Shown here one piece after another: positions 16,451 to 25,434 of a DNA stretch of 64,000 nucleotides (positions are counted from its first letter, which is position 1; each line of letters starts with the position of its first letter). A model generated the notes under the pieces. That model saw only the letters and a program-made list of their open reading frames with translations. It was not told the origin of the DNA and did not search any database. Source of the stretch: Parcubacteria group bacterium Gr01-1014_13 (GTDB taxonomy: Bacteria > Patescibacteriota > Patescibacteriia > Magasanikbacterales > GWA2-37-8); the NCBI GenBank assembly GCA_007376295.1, contig VMGB01000003.1, positions 7,106 to 71,105 on the forward strand, written 5' to 3'. A program made the position numbers and the translations under genes.

Positions 16451-18634
16451 TTAGTAAGCAAAGAACAAATGAGCGTCAACCTGTTGAAAACTACCGCTTC
16501 CAATCTTTAGGAAGAAAAGCAGTTCCCAGTTTCCTGGCCCGGGGTTTGCAAATTCTGGGAAAAACCAGGACTCACCATTACTCGCTGGCAAATATGGACC
16601 AAAGTCCCAACTCCACCCAAGCGTACCGCTGTGATACGCCTCGATGCGGAACTGGACGTTGGTATTGACGGCGAGCCCGGTAAAGCGCAACCGCCAGTAG
16701 TAAGTGCTAAGCGACGAAAGCGAGCTTTGGCTAGACACTGGCGTCCAACACTGCGGCACTCCGTTTGCATCACGTTCGTTTTGATAATTACCGAGACAAA
16801 CATTGAACGAGCTGGAGGTGTAACCTCCAATGGGCGCGTTCACCGTAAAGGTAATATCCGACCGAAGCATTTGCCAACCGCCGCCGACATCGATTTCCAC
16901 CGATGCTCGCCAATTACCGCTAAGCGCATACCATAGGGTCGGCCAAGTATAAGCCGTACTCCAGACTTGTCCAGATGGTACAGTGGTCCAATCACTTACT
17001 TGTTCGGAGTAAACCGTCGAGGAACCATTGCGGTAAAACCGCGAACGGAACCTATACGACTGCCGAACATCCTGCACAAAGGACAACACACGAACGTTCT
17101 GCCCTTGCGAGAACACCGTTGCTGGTCTGGGGCAGGTATAGATCCAGTTGGTACTTTGTCCACCAGTAGGCTCATTGGAACATGTTACCGCGTTGCCATT
17201 GTAGATGAAAGGTGCTACTGGATTTACCGTAAACGGAATGATGGCTACATTTACATTCTCGAATTCCGTTCCACCGGGCAAATCAATATCTACCCGAGCT
17301 TCATAGGAACCAGAGATAACATTTCCAATTGTTGTCCAGTAATGCGCGTATTGCCAAGTCTCACCAGTTGGAACGTCGTTCCATCCAGTAGGACTGGTGG
17401 TATACAAAAAGGAACCATTGTGAAAAATCCGCGCGCGGAACCGATGTGAACTGGTCACATTGTCGATTCGCATCAGTACGGTTACGTTATCGCCTGCGGC
17501 ATAAGAACTCTGCTGGCCGTTACAGGTGTAAATCCAGTTCGTACTGGCTCCACCGGTGACAGAACCATTACAGTTGTAGTTGTTGCCATTGTACTGATAT
17601 GGCGAACCTGGCCATTGCTGACTACCTCCTGGGACAATGAAATGAAACGTGGTCAGCTGGAAAGGCCCGCTGCCAGTATTCGCGTAAATTCGCATATCCC
17701 AGTCACCAGCATAGACGTTGTTGAATCTGGGCAAATAGAACGCATGTGGCCACACATTCGGCTCCACCTGCAACGCACTATCTGTCCATGTCCAATCAGG
17801 TGATGACTGTCCGAGACGCCACGCTTCAATGCTGAAGGCGACATTCCTTTGGACATTGTCGACTCTGATGACCATGTTGGCATTCTGTCCAGGCTGAAAA
17901 ACAGTCTGACGATTCTGGCAACTGTAGATCCAGTTTGTGCTTTCTCCGCCAGTTACCGCATCGGTACAACCATAGACGTTATTGCTGTCTAGATTGAACT
18001 GAAACGAACCTTGCCAAGCGGGAACGCCTGGGATAGAAAGGTTTGAGTTCGCGGCGTATGACGGTGCCAATTCGAAATGGATGTGATCCACGTGCGGGAT
18101 TGGACCAGAGTAGATAGCCACCCTGCTAGCACTTGGACCAGAGGTGGTATATTGGGTTTTGTCCCAAACAAGAAACTGAACACCCAATGTTCCAGCATTA
18201 CTGATCAACCAGTTCGCAATTGGGTCACCAACACTGTTGTCCGCAGCGCCATTATCCATTGGGATATGAATATCCAATGCCCAACCAACACCATGGGTGG
18301 ATGTTTGCGATAGATTGGCTGTATTTGGCCTACACCAATACGTTTCGATTCTGGAGATACCAGAAAAAGCTCCCTTAACGTATTCAGCCAACTTAGTAGT
18401 GCCTGGAAGGAGGCCGCCACTACAACTTGATCCGTCGGCCGCCCATGCAGGCGGAACCATCATGTTGATTGTGACTCCTGCGGCCGCATTGAGAGCATCC
18501 GACGAAGGCGCGTAGTTGCCGGAGATGGCAACTGATTGCTCCACACTTTCCTCCCTATCCTTGCGATCATCGCTAGCGCAAGCCGCTACAATGAACGCTA
18601 CAATGAGAAGAGCTGCTTGTATTGATCTCGACAT
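16451..18634 (-). CDS. Lipoprotein with M15/LAS-type zinc peptidase domain and four tandem ~125-aa beta-sandwich repeats
   Basis: VAAC lipobox; STHGVGWALDI and HVDHIHFE (Hx6D...HxH); repeats C...TGG.STNWIY.C; visibly GC-richer than flanks. Confidence 0.7.
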   Translation of the reverse strand: MSRSIQAALLIVAFIVAACASDDRKDREESVEQSVAISGNYAPSSDALNAAAGVTINMMVPPAWAADGSSCSGGLLPGTTKLAEYVKGAFSGISRIETYWCRPNTANLSQTSTHGVGWALDIHIPMDNGAADNSVGDPIANWLISNAGTLGVQFLVWDKTQYTTSGPSASRVAIYSGPIPHVDHIHFELAPSYAANSNLSIPGVPAWQGSFQFNLDSNNVYGCTDAVTGGESTNWIYSCQNRQTVFQPGQNANMVIRVDNVQRNVAFSIEAWRLGQSSPDWTWTDSALQVEPNVWPHAFYLPRFNNVYAGDWDMRIYANTGSGPFQLTTFHFIVPGGSQQWPGSPYQYNGNNYNCNGSVTGGASTNWIYTCNGQQSSYAAGDNVTVLMRIDNVTSSHRFRARIFHNGSFLYTTSPTGWNDVPTGETWQYAHYWTTIGNVISGSYEARVDIDLPGGTEFENVNVAIIPFTVNPVAPFIYNGNAVTCSNEPTGGQSTNWIYTCPRPATVFSQGQNVRVLSFVQDVRQSYRFRSRFYRNGSSTVYSEQVSDWTTVPSGQVWSTAYTWPTLWYALSGNWRASVEIDVGGGWQMLRSDITFTVNAPIGGYTSSSFNVCLGNYQNERDANGVPQCWTPVSSQSSLSSLSTYYWRLRFTGLAVNTNVQFRIEAYHSGTLGWSWDFGPYLPASNGESWFFPEFANPGPGNWELLFFLKIGSGSFQQVDAHLFFAY

Positions 18635-18729
18635 TTTTTCCCTTTTTCCTTTTCTACGCACCATGCGTGCCTAGATGATATACAATAAAAAAAGAACCGT
18701 CAATGTTGCTTGACAGCTCTTTTTTTAAT

Positions 18730-19293
18730 TTAAATATTTCGAGTAACAACAAGGTTGTGAATATCTTTTGAAAAATCCACCTGATACTCACAAAGGTTTT
18801 TCATAGCATGCACTTGCCCTGAACAGGTAATAATCAACTTTCCTTCTCGAAGGAAAGTTTTACCTAAAATCTCTAACTCAAACGCATCAATCTCTGTATC
18901 ATATACGCTGACCGGAGTACCGGCTAGTTTTGATTCTGCCACCTGTAAAAAAATGCGTCCAGCAGAACGTGTTGGAGACTCTTCCCCTCCACCTACTCTA
19001 TATATGCGGTATGATAAACCATTCTCTTTATCTACAACATCTTTAACCTCGTAAACATATGCGAGTGTTATCTTTCCCCTTGCGTTCTTAATAGGTAAAA
19101 TAGTTCTATTTTCACCAACTGCGTATATATTAGCTGTTTCAAATAGAGAATCCAAATTCAAGCCATCGTCCTCTTCTTTTACCACGTCATTTTTTGTATT
19201 GTCTTTAGGTGCTTCTCCGTACTTAATTCCTACAAAAAAACTGCCGACAATTAATATAGCTGCAAGCCCTACCAATAATAATTTTTTAGTCAT
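18730..19293 (-). CDS. Hypothetical secreted/membrane-anchored protein
   Basis: 187-aa ORF with N-terminal signal/TM. Confidence 0.6.
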   Translation of the reverse strand: MTKKLLLVGLAAILIVGSFFVGIKYGEAPKDNTKNDVVKEEDDGLNLDSLFETANIYAVGENRTILPIKNARGKITLAYVYEVKDVVDKENGLSYRIYRVGGGEESPTRSAGRIFLQVAESKLAGTPVSVYDTEIDAFELEILGKTFLREGKLIITCSGQVHAMKNLCEYQVDFSKDIHNLVVTRNI

Positions 19294-19313
19294 AATAAAT
19301 AATTAATTTATTG

Positions 19314-19385
19314 TAGCCCCAACGGGAATCGAACCCGTATTTTATCCGTGAAAGGGATATGTCCTAACCATTAGACGATGAGGCC
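19314..19385 (-). tRNA. tRNA-Glu (TTC)
   Basis: Cloverleaf GGCCTCA...TATCC-CT-TTC-AC-GGATA...ACGGGTTCGATTCCCGT-TGGGGCT-A; CCA not encoded. Confidence 0.95.
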
Positions 19386-19501
19386 GTATATTTCCAATGA
19401 CTGATATTCTAATGTATTTTGGCTTAAAAGTCAATGTCTGTTGACACAAGCTGCCGTTTTAAGGGTATCATACAGATAACATATTCAAACGGAGTAATAC
19501 T

Positions 19502-19927
19502 ATGGAAAATACCGGAAGAAAGACAGCTGCTCTTTTAATTGTTATCTCTGCTTTGTATCTAGCCGTGTTTGATTGGGAATGGCCATCAATCACCCATCTC
19601 AAATTTAGCTGGCCCTATACGATCGGAATTGCAGTGGCTGTGCTTTTTTGTATGGCCGAAAGATTTCTAAAACACGCCAATACACCTGATTTTCAGTGGA
19701 AAAAATTGTTCAAAACCCATTTTTTCGCTTTCTTGATCTTTTGCCCCATTTCGATAATTGTGATTTTACCGAAACTAGGTCCAGCAAATGATATCTGGAG
19801 CACCGATTACAGAATTGCTTTTTTGATCACCTTCTTTTTCATTACTGTCGGACCAAAGATCGGCACTATTTCCGAAAGACTGGAAAGCTTGCTCACTCCC
19901 AAAAATGGTAAAAAGACGGGGGTATAA
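19502..19927 (+). CDS. Hypothetical 4-TM membrane protein
   Basis: 141 aa, four hydrophobic segments; own TTGACA promoter, GGAG RBS and terminator; sits between two tRNA genes. Confidence 0.65.
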   Translation: MENTGRKTAALLIVISALYLAVFDWEWPSITHLKFSWPYTIGIAVAVLFCMAERFLKHANTPDFQWKKLFKTHFFAFLIFCPISIIVILPKLGPANDIWSTDYRIAFLITFFFITVGPKIGTISERLESLLTPKNGKKTGV

Positions 19928-20033
19928 ATATCATACCTGTCAGGCCGCCACACAAATGTAGGCGGTCTTTCTTTTTAACCTTGACTTTGAGCAAAAAATT
20001 TAGTACTATTTACTCTAATTGACCACCAAAAAT

Positions 20034-20107
20034 GTCAGGGTAGCTCAGTTGGTGAGAGCACGGGATTCATAACCCCGAGGTCGAGAGTTCGACTCTCTCC
20101 CCTGACA
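20034..20107 (+). tRNA. tRNA-Met (CAT), probably elongator
   Basis: GTCAGGG-TAGCTCAGTTGGTGAGAGC-A-CGGGA-TT-CAT-AA-CCCCG-AGGTC-GAGAGTTCGACTCTCTC-CCCTGAC-A; paired 1:72 argues against initiator. Confidence 0.92.
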
Positions 20108-20110
20108 CAT

Positions 20111-21127
20111 ATGTATATCCTCGGCATTGAATCTTCATGCGACGATACTTCCGTGGCCTTGCTGGATAGTTCCGACAAAGGCCATTTTGTTTTATTCGAA
20201 AAAACCGCTTCCCAAATTGAAATCCACAAAAAATATGGCGGTGTAGTACCAGAAATTGCCGGTCGGATGCATGCTGAAAAAATTGTGCCGCTTATTGACG
20301 CCGCTCTAGAGGGCCAACCAAAGCCGGACGCTATTGCCGTTACCGCCGGACCCGGTCTAATTACCGGACTGCTCGTCGGAGTAGAAGCGGCTCGTACTTT
20401 GTCCTATGCCCTAGATATTCCCCTGATACGAACAAACCATATTGAAGGCCATATTTATTCTGTAGAACTGCAAGAAAAAAAATCCCCTATCCAATTTCCA
20501 GCTTTGTGTCTTGTTGTCAGTGGCGGACACACGGAATTAATTTTGATGACAGGCCACGGGAAATACAAATTTCTCGGCGCCACTAAAGATGATGCGGCTG
20601 GAGAGTGTTTTGATAAAACAGCAAAACTGCTTGGACTTCCCTACCCTGGCGGACCGCAAATTTCAAAGCTAGCCGAAACAGGAAATATTAAAGCAATTAA
20701 ATTTCCCCGGCCGATGATGGATGATGAAAATTATTTATTTAGTTTTGCCGGACTAAAAACTTCGGCTTTGTATTGGTTGCGGGATAACAAACTGGACGAT
20801 AAAATTACTACTAATGATTTCTGCGCCAGCTTTGAACAAGCTATCGTAGACGTCTTAGTATTCAAAACTTTAAAAGCCGCCGCGCAGTACAAACCAAAAA
20901 CTATTATTTTGGCCGGCGGAGTTAGCGCTAACAAAAAACTTCGTCAAACTTTGGACGAAGCTGTAAAAAATGAATTTCCAGGAACAAAGTTTATGATTCC
21001 GCAAATGAAATACGCCATGGACAACGGCGCGATGATTGCTACAGCCGGATATTACCATGCTATAAAAAAAGATTTTACTTCTTGGAAAAAAATTCAAGCC
21101 GACCCAAACTGGGAATTAGCTAGATAG
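20111..21127 (+). CDS. tsaD: tRNA N6-adenosine threonylcarbamoyltransferase TsaD
   Basis: ILGIESSCDDT, GGVVPEIA, NHIEGH, VSGGHT, DDAAGECFDK, DNGAMIA. Confidence 0.97.
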   Translation: MYILGIESSCDDTSVALLDSSDKGHFVLFEKTASQIEIHKKYGGVVPEIAGRMHAEKIVPLIDAALEGQPKPDAIAVTAGPGLITGLLVGVEAARTLSYALDIPLIRTNHIEGHIYSVELQEKKSPIQFPALCLVVSGGHTELILMTGHGKYKFLGATKDDAAGECFDKTAKLLGLPYPGGPQISKLAETGNIKAIKFPRPMMDDENYLFSFAGLKTSALYWLRDNKLDDKITTNDFCASFEQAIVDVLVFKTLKAAAQYKPKTIILAGGVSANKKLRQTLDEAVKNEFPGTKFMIPQMKYAMDNGAMIATAGYYHAIKKDFTSWKKIQADPNWELAR

Positions 21128-24100
21128 TATTTTTTAGCTCTTCACGAATAATTTCAGAACCATCCACCCGGAAAGATGTCCTTATTATCTTCCCGCCCAC
21201 ATTTAATATTACCAGTTTATCACCCGGATATTTTTTTAAAATATTTTTTATCGCATCAGCTTTTTCTTTTACTTGCTCGGCACTTACCAGAATTTCGAAA
21301 GACTCAACTTTTTCTTGAACTTCAGGTTTCTCTACATGACTAGAACTAAAAGACATCTGTTTTGCCAAAACTGGCGCATTTTCTGGTGTGAGCAAATATG
21401 CCTTTTCTACAAATAATTTATCATCACCCTCTTCTTCGGAAGTTCTGCCAATCACGCACACCGCCTTGCCCTCTACCCAAACATCGGCAGTAGTTTCGTA
21501 AGTTTTAGGAAAAATTAACAATTCCAAACTACTGGTGGTATCAAGTAATTTCGCAAACATCATGGCTTTACCACTGCGGGTTATTTTCTTCTTAGTCGAA
21601 TCAATCATACCACCCACCACTACCCACTGATTTCTGGTCTGGCTGGACAAATCTTTGAGCGGAGTCAAAACATTTTTCATTATCTCTTGATAAATACTAA
21701 ACGGATGGGAAGTAACATAAAGACCTAGCAATTCTTTTTCCCACAAAAGCTTTTCTTCTGCGCTGGCATTTGGCGCTGGGCCTAACTTAATTTTTGAAGA
21801 CATGTCTATGCTAGTGCCAGAAAAAAGAGAGTTTTGATTTACTGATTTCTTTTCATGAGTTTGTTTGACAAACGCTAAAATATTTTCGATGTTTCCAGCC
21901 AAGTAGCCGCGGTCATGACCAAAAGAATCCAGCGCACCGCACTTTATCAAACTTTCCAAAGATTTTTTATTCAAATCCCTGTCTTGAACTCTAGTAAGCA
22001 GATCTTGTAAATCTTTGTATTTGCCGTTAGCCTTTCGTTCGCGATAAATGGCGTCGGCAATATGCTCGCCCAAGTTTTTGATGCCATTTAAACCAAAACG
22101 GATATGCGCCGACGAACCATCTTCAGGAGAAATCATCGCGAAATTTTTAAAACTTTCGTTTATATCTGGCGGCAAAACTCTAACTCCCATTCTTTCAGCT
22201 TCATAAATTACTTCCGGCACTTTATCAATATCCCCGCTTTCGGCAATTAAAATAGCAGTCATGTACTGCACAGGAAAATTCGCTTTTAGGTAGGCTGTCT
22301 GATAGGCCACCACCGCATAGCTTGAAGCATGGGCTTTGTTGAAGCCGTAGGCTGCGAAAGGTTCAATGCGTTCCCAAAGCCTGTTTATCTTATCCTCAGG
22401 TAATTTTCCAAATTCTTTAGCGCCTTTATAGAATTTCTCTTTTTGTTTGGCCATTTCTTCGGGAATTTTCTTACCCATGGCTTTGCGAAATTTATCCGCT
22501 TCTTCCCAGTTATAACCAGCTAAATTTATCGCTGTCAGCAACACATCATCCTGATACACAATTAGTCCCAAAGACTGATCCAGATAATCTTTCATTCTCA
22601 AATCTTCATATTCTACCAATTCCGGATGGTGTTTTCTTTGGATATAATCGGGAATAGAATCCATTGGCCCCGGACGAAACAGAGCCACCATCGCCATGAT
22701 ATCGAAAATGGTTGTGGGTTTAAGTTCTTTTAAGTATCTGGTCATACCAGAGCTGGAAAGCTGAAATACGCCCACAGTTTCACCACGCGCTAACATCTCG
22801 TATGTTTTTTTATCATCCCATGGATACAAACTATAGACATCAATTTTCTTACCCGTTGTTTTTTCAATAATTTCTACGGCGTGGCCCAAAATCGAAAGGT
22901 TGCGGATACCTAAGAAATCCATTTTTAAAACTCCGGCCGCTTCTACCGAATGCATTTCGTATTGGGTAATAATGCGCTCGCCGCCGGTTTCCAATTGCAC
23001 GGGAGTAAAATCTGTCAGTGGAGTCGGAGAAATAACTACTCCGGCCGCATGAATAGAAGTGTGTCTGGCACAGCCTTCTACTTTTTGCGCCAAATCCAAC
23101 AAACGTTTGGCATCGGCATTTTTGTCATATAATTTTTTTAGCTCCGGCTCCAAATTTAAAGCTTTGGCAATCGTCATCTGGAATCCTTGAGCACCAAAAG
23201 GGATAAGTTTAGAAATTTGATCGCAAAAAGAATACGGGAAGCCGAGTGCTCGGCCCACATCGCGCACCGCACCGCGGGCCGCCATAGTACCAAAAGTAAT
23301 AATCTGGGCCACTTTGTCGGCGCCATATTTATTTGTCACATAAGCGATCATTTCATCACGCCTATCATCGGCAAAATCGCCGTCAATATCAGGCGGACTA
23401 GGACGAAACGGATTTAAAAATCTTTCAAACGGCAATTTAAAAAATAACGGGTTGTCCATTACAATGCCCAACGCATAGGAAACAATTGATCCGGCAGCTG
23501 ATCCTCTGGTTGTGAACATTATTCTGTGTTCACGAGCATAACGCACATAATCTGCTACAGATAAAAAATATGGCGAATAGCCTTTGGTGGCGATAATATC
23601 CAATTCATAATCTGCCCGCTTTTTCACATCCTCGGTCATCTCTATTAGCTTTGGCAATTTTTCATAAACCTGTTCACGCAGATACTCGTTGGCTGTTTTG
23701 CCTTCGGGAATTTCTATTGCCGGAAAATGCCATTTATTAAGTTCTAATTTCAAATCTACACGTTCGGCGATTTTTACTGTGTTGGTAATTGCTTCGGGTG
23801 TATGCTTAAAACGACTAATAATTTCTTTGGGCGATGCCAAAGAATAATCCGCCCCGTTATTCATAGTCATCCGATTTTCTTCGTCCAGGGTGCGGCCGTC
23901 TCGGATACAAGTCAGGATATCTTGCGCTTCGGCATCTTCTGGCTCCAAATAATGCGAGTCGCGAGTAACGATAAGTGGTATGCCAGTATCTTTGGACAGC
24001 TCGGCAAGTTTTGTATTTAATTCCATCTGTCCTTCCTGCGCCGGTACATCCATCATTTCCAAATAAAAATTTCCCTCGCCAAAAATTTCCTGATACTCCA

Positions 24101-24575
24101 AGGCTACTTTTTTTGCTTTTTCGTAATTGTCTTCTTTGCGCAAAATCCAAGGAATTTCGCCGCTAAAACAAGCCGATGATCCTACCAGGCCTTCGTGATA
24201 TTGTTTTAACAACTCTTTATCCATTCTTGGCTTGTAATAAAAACCTTCCAAATTGGCTAAAGAAGATAATTTCATCAGGTTTTTATAACCCGTATAATTT
24301 AAAGCCAAAAGAATCAAGTGATAATATTTATCATCCTTGTCTTTATCAAAACGGCTGCCTGGGGCCAGATACGCTTCCATGCCGATAATAGGTTTGATAC
24401 CTTGCCTCTGACATTCCTCGTAAAACTCAATAGCGCCATACATGTTTCCATGATCGGTAAGAGCTAAAGCTTTGTAGCCCATACTCTTGGCTTTCGCAAC
24501 CAATTCTGGGATTTTTGGCAGGCCATCTAGCAAGGAATAATGCGAGTGAACATGCAGGTGAACGAAGTCAGACAT
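21120..24575 (-). CDS. dnaE: DNA polymerase III alpha subunit
   Basis: FVHLHVHSHYSLLDG PHP domain, RGSAAGS, PDIDGDF, YGFNKAH. Confidence 0.97.
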   Translation of the reverse strand: MSDFVHLHVHSHYSLLDGLPKIPELVAKAKSMGYKALALTDHGNMYGAIEFYEECQRQGIKPIIGMEAYLAPGSRFDKDKDDKYYHLILLALNYTGYKNLMKLSSLANLEGFYYKPRMDKELLKQYHEGLVGSSACFSGEIPWILRKEDNYEKAKKVALEYQEIFGEGNFYLEMMDVPAQEGQMELNTKLAELSKDTGIPLIVTRDSHYLEPEDAEAQDILTCIRDGRTLDEENRMTMNNGADYSLASPKEIISRFKHTPEAITNTVKIAERVDLKLELNKWHFPAIEIPEGKTANEYLREQVYEKLPKLIEMTEDVKKRADYELDIIATKGYSPYFLSVADYVRYAREHRIMFTTRGSAAGSIVSYALGIVMDNPLFFKLPFERFLNPFRPSPPDIDGDFADDRRDEMIAYVTNKYGADKVAQIITFGTMAARGAVRDVGRALGFPYSFCDQISKLIPFGAQGFQMTIAKALNLEPELKKLYDKNADAKRLLDLAQKVEGCARHTSIHAAGVVISPTPLTDFTPVQLETGGERIITQYEMHSVEAAGVLKMDFLGIRNLSILGHAVEIIEKTTGKKIDVYSLYPWDDKKTYEMLARGETVGVFQLSSSGMTRYLKELKPTTIFDIMAMVALFRPGPMDSIPDYIQRKHHPELVEYEDLRMKDYLDQSLGLIVYQDDVLLTAINLAGYNWEEADKFRKAMGKKIPEEMAKQKEKFYKGAKEFGKLPEDKINRLWERIEPFAAYGFNKAHASSYAVVAYQTAYLKANFPVQYMTAILIAESGDIDKVPEVIYEAERMGVRVLPPDINESFKNFAMISPEDGSSAHIRFGLNGIKNLGEHIADAIYRERKANGKYKDLQDLLTRVQDRDLNKKSLESLIKCGALDSFGHDRGYLAGNIENILAFVKQTHEKKSVNQNSLFSGTSIDMSSKIKLGPAPNASAEEKLLWEKELLGLYVTSHPFSIYQEIMKNVLTPLKDLSSQTRNQWVVVGGMIDSTKKKITRSGKAMMFAKLLDTTSSLELLIFPKTYETTADVWVEGKAVCVIGRTSEEEGDDKLFVEKAYLLTPENAPVLAKQMSFSSSHVEKPEVQEKVESFEILVSAEQVKEKADAIKNILKKYPGDKLVILNVGGKIIRTSFRVDGSEIIREELKNTI

Positions 24576-24661
24576 AGTGGCGTTATCTTACCTTAAAGAA
24601 AAAATAAAATCAAAGACTAAAAAACTCTCCTTGCTGGAGAGTTTTTTAAATATAATTTATT

Positions 24662-25048
24662 TCATCTCTTAACATTCTTTGCAACTTTTTTCATCTTTTT
24701 TGCCGTTACCTCTACCGCTTTGTCTACTGCTTCCTTAGCTGCTGAATTCATTTTGTCTGATCCTTTACGTATCCAGTCTTTGGCTTTTTTATTTACCATA
24801 CTTTTGACCATTCCAGCCATACCGCTTCCGGTGATATTTAGCAGAGTATGAATATTTTCTACTTTGCCGCGCACGTAATTTATAGCTTCAGTGAGAATTT
24901 GCAAACGAGAACGGAATTCTTCAGCTATTTCATTGGCATTTTTTAAAATTCTGGTGACGTAATAAAATACCCAACACAGAAACACGGTAATCCACAAAAC
25001 ACAAAAAGCAATTACCAGAAATAAAATATCTTTTGATGTTTCAATCAT
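24662..25048 (-). CDS. Hypothetical single-TM coiled-coil protein (DUF948-like)
   Basis: TM helix followed by amphipathic helix; AAGGAGG RBS. Confidence 0.65.
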   Translation of the reverse strand: MIETSKDILFLVIAFCVLWITVFLCWVFYYVTRILKNANEIAEEFRSRLQILTEAINYVRGKVENIHTLLNITGSGMAGMVKSMVNKKAKDWIRKGSDKMNSAAKEAVDKAVEVTAKKMKKVAKNVKR

Positions 25049-25076
25049 ACCCTCCTTGTTAATTTAATAAATTTTA

Positions 25077-25385
25077 TTAAGAATGGGCTGTTTGTAATGT
25101 TCGCACCTGTTTTTCTAATGCTTCCACACGCCGACGAAGTTCCAAAACATCTTTAGCTGTTGCATCGGCATCTTCAATAGTTCTTTTTTCAAGTTTAGTT
25201 AAACGTTCTTTAATTTCGTCCAGCTCTTCTCTAATCATTCTAAATCCAGCAGTCATTTCTGTTTGCAGTTCTTCAACAGCATTCTTTAAATCCTCTTTGG
25301 TAACCATGTTTTTGAGGTCAGCCTTGGTAACCATGTGCTCCTGCAAAAACTCCATCAATTCATTAGTTGTAATCTCTTTTTCCAT
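25077..25385 (-). CDS. Small coiled-coil hypothetical protein with MVTKxDLKN repeat
   Basis: MVTKADLKN-MVTKEDLKN tandem; heptad pattern. Confidence 0.65.
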   Translation of the reverse strand: MEKEITTNELMEFLQEHMVTKADLKNMVTKEDLKNAVEELQTEMTAGFRMIREELDEIKERLTKLEKRTIEDADATAKDVLELRRRVEALEKQVRTLQTAHS

Positions 25386-25434
25386 ATAAATTATGATAAA
25401 TACATTATAGCACACTTTTTCACTTCCACCAAAA

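Noticed and set aside
16507-18515. Many overlapping short ORFs inside the 16.4-18.6 kb gene, and similar antisense ORFs across core genes
   Set aside because: Shadow frames expected in GC-richer or codon-biased genes; no RBS or motifs.
8100-19930. Prophage or integrative element
   Set aside because: No integrase, terminase, capsid or relaxase seen, and no direct repeat of the tRNA-Glu or tRNA-Met ends was found.
21120-24575. Intein in dnaE
   Set aside because: Length is normal and the usual insertion motifs are uninterrupted.
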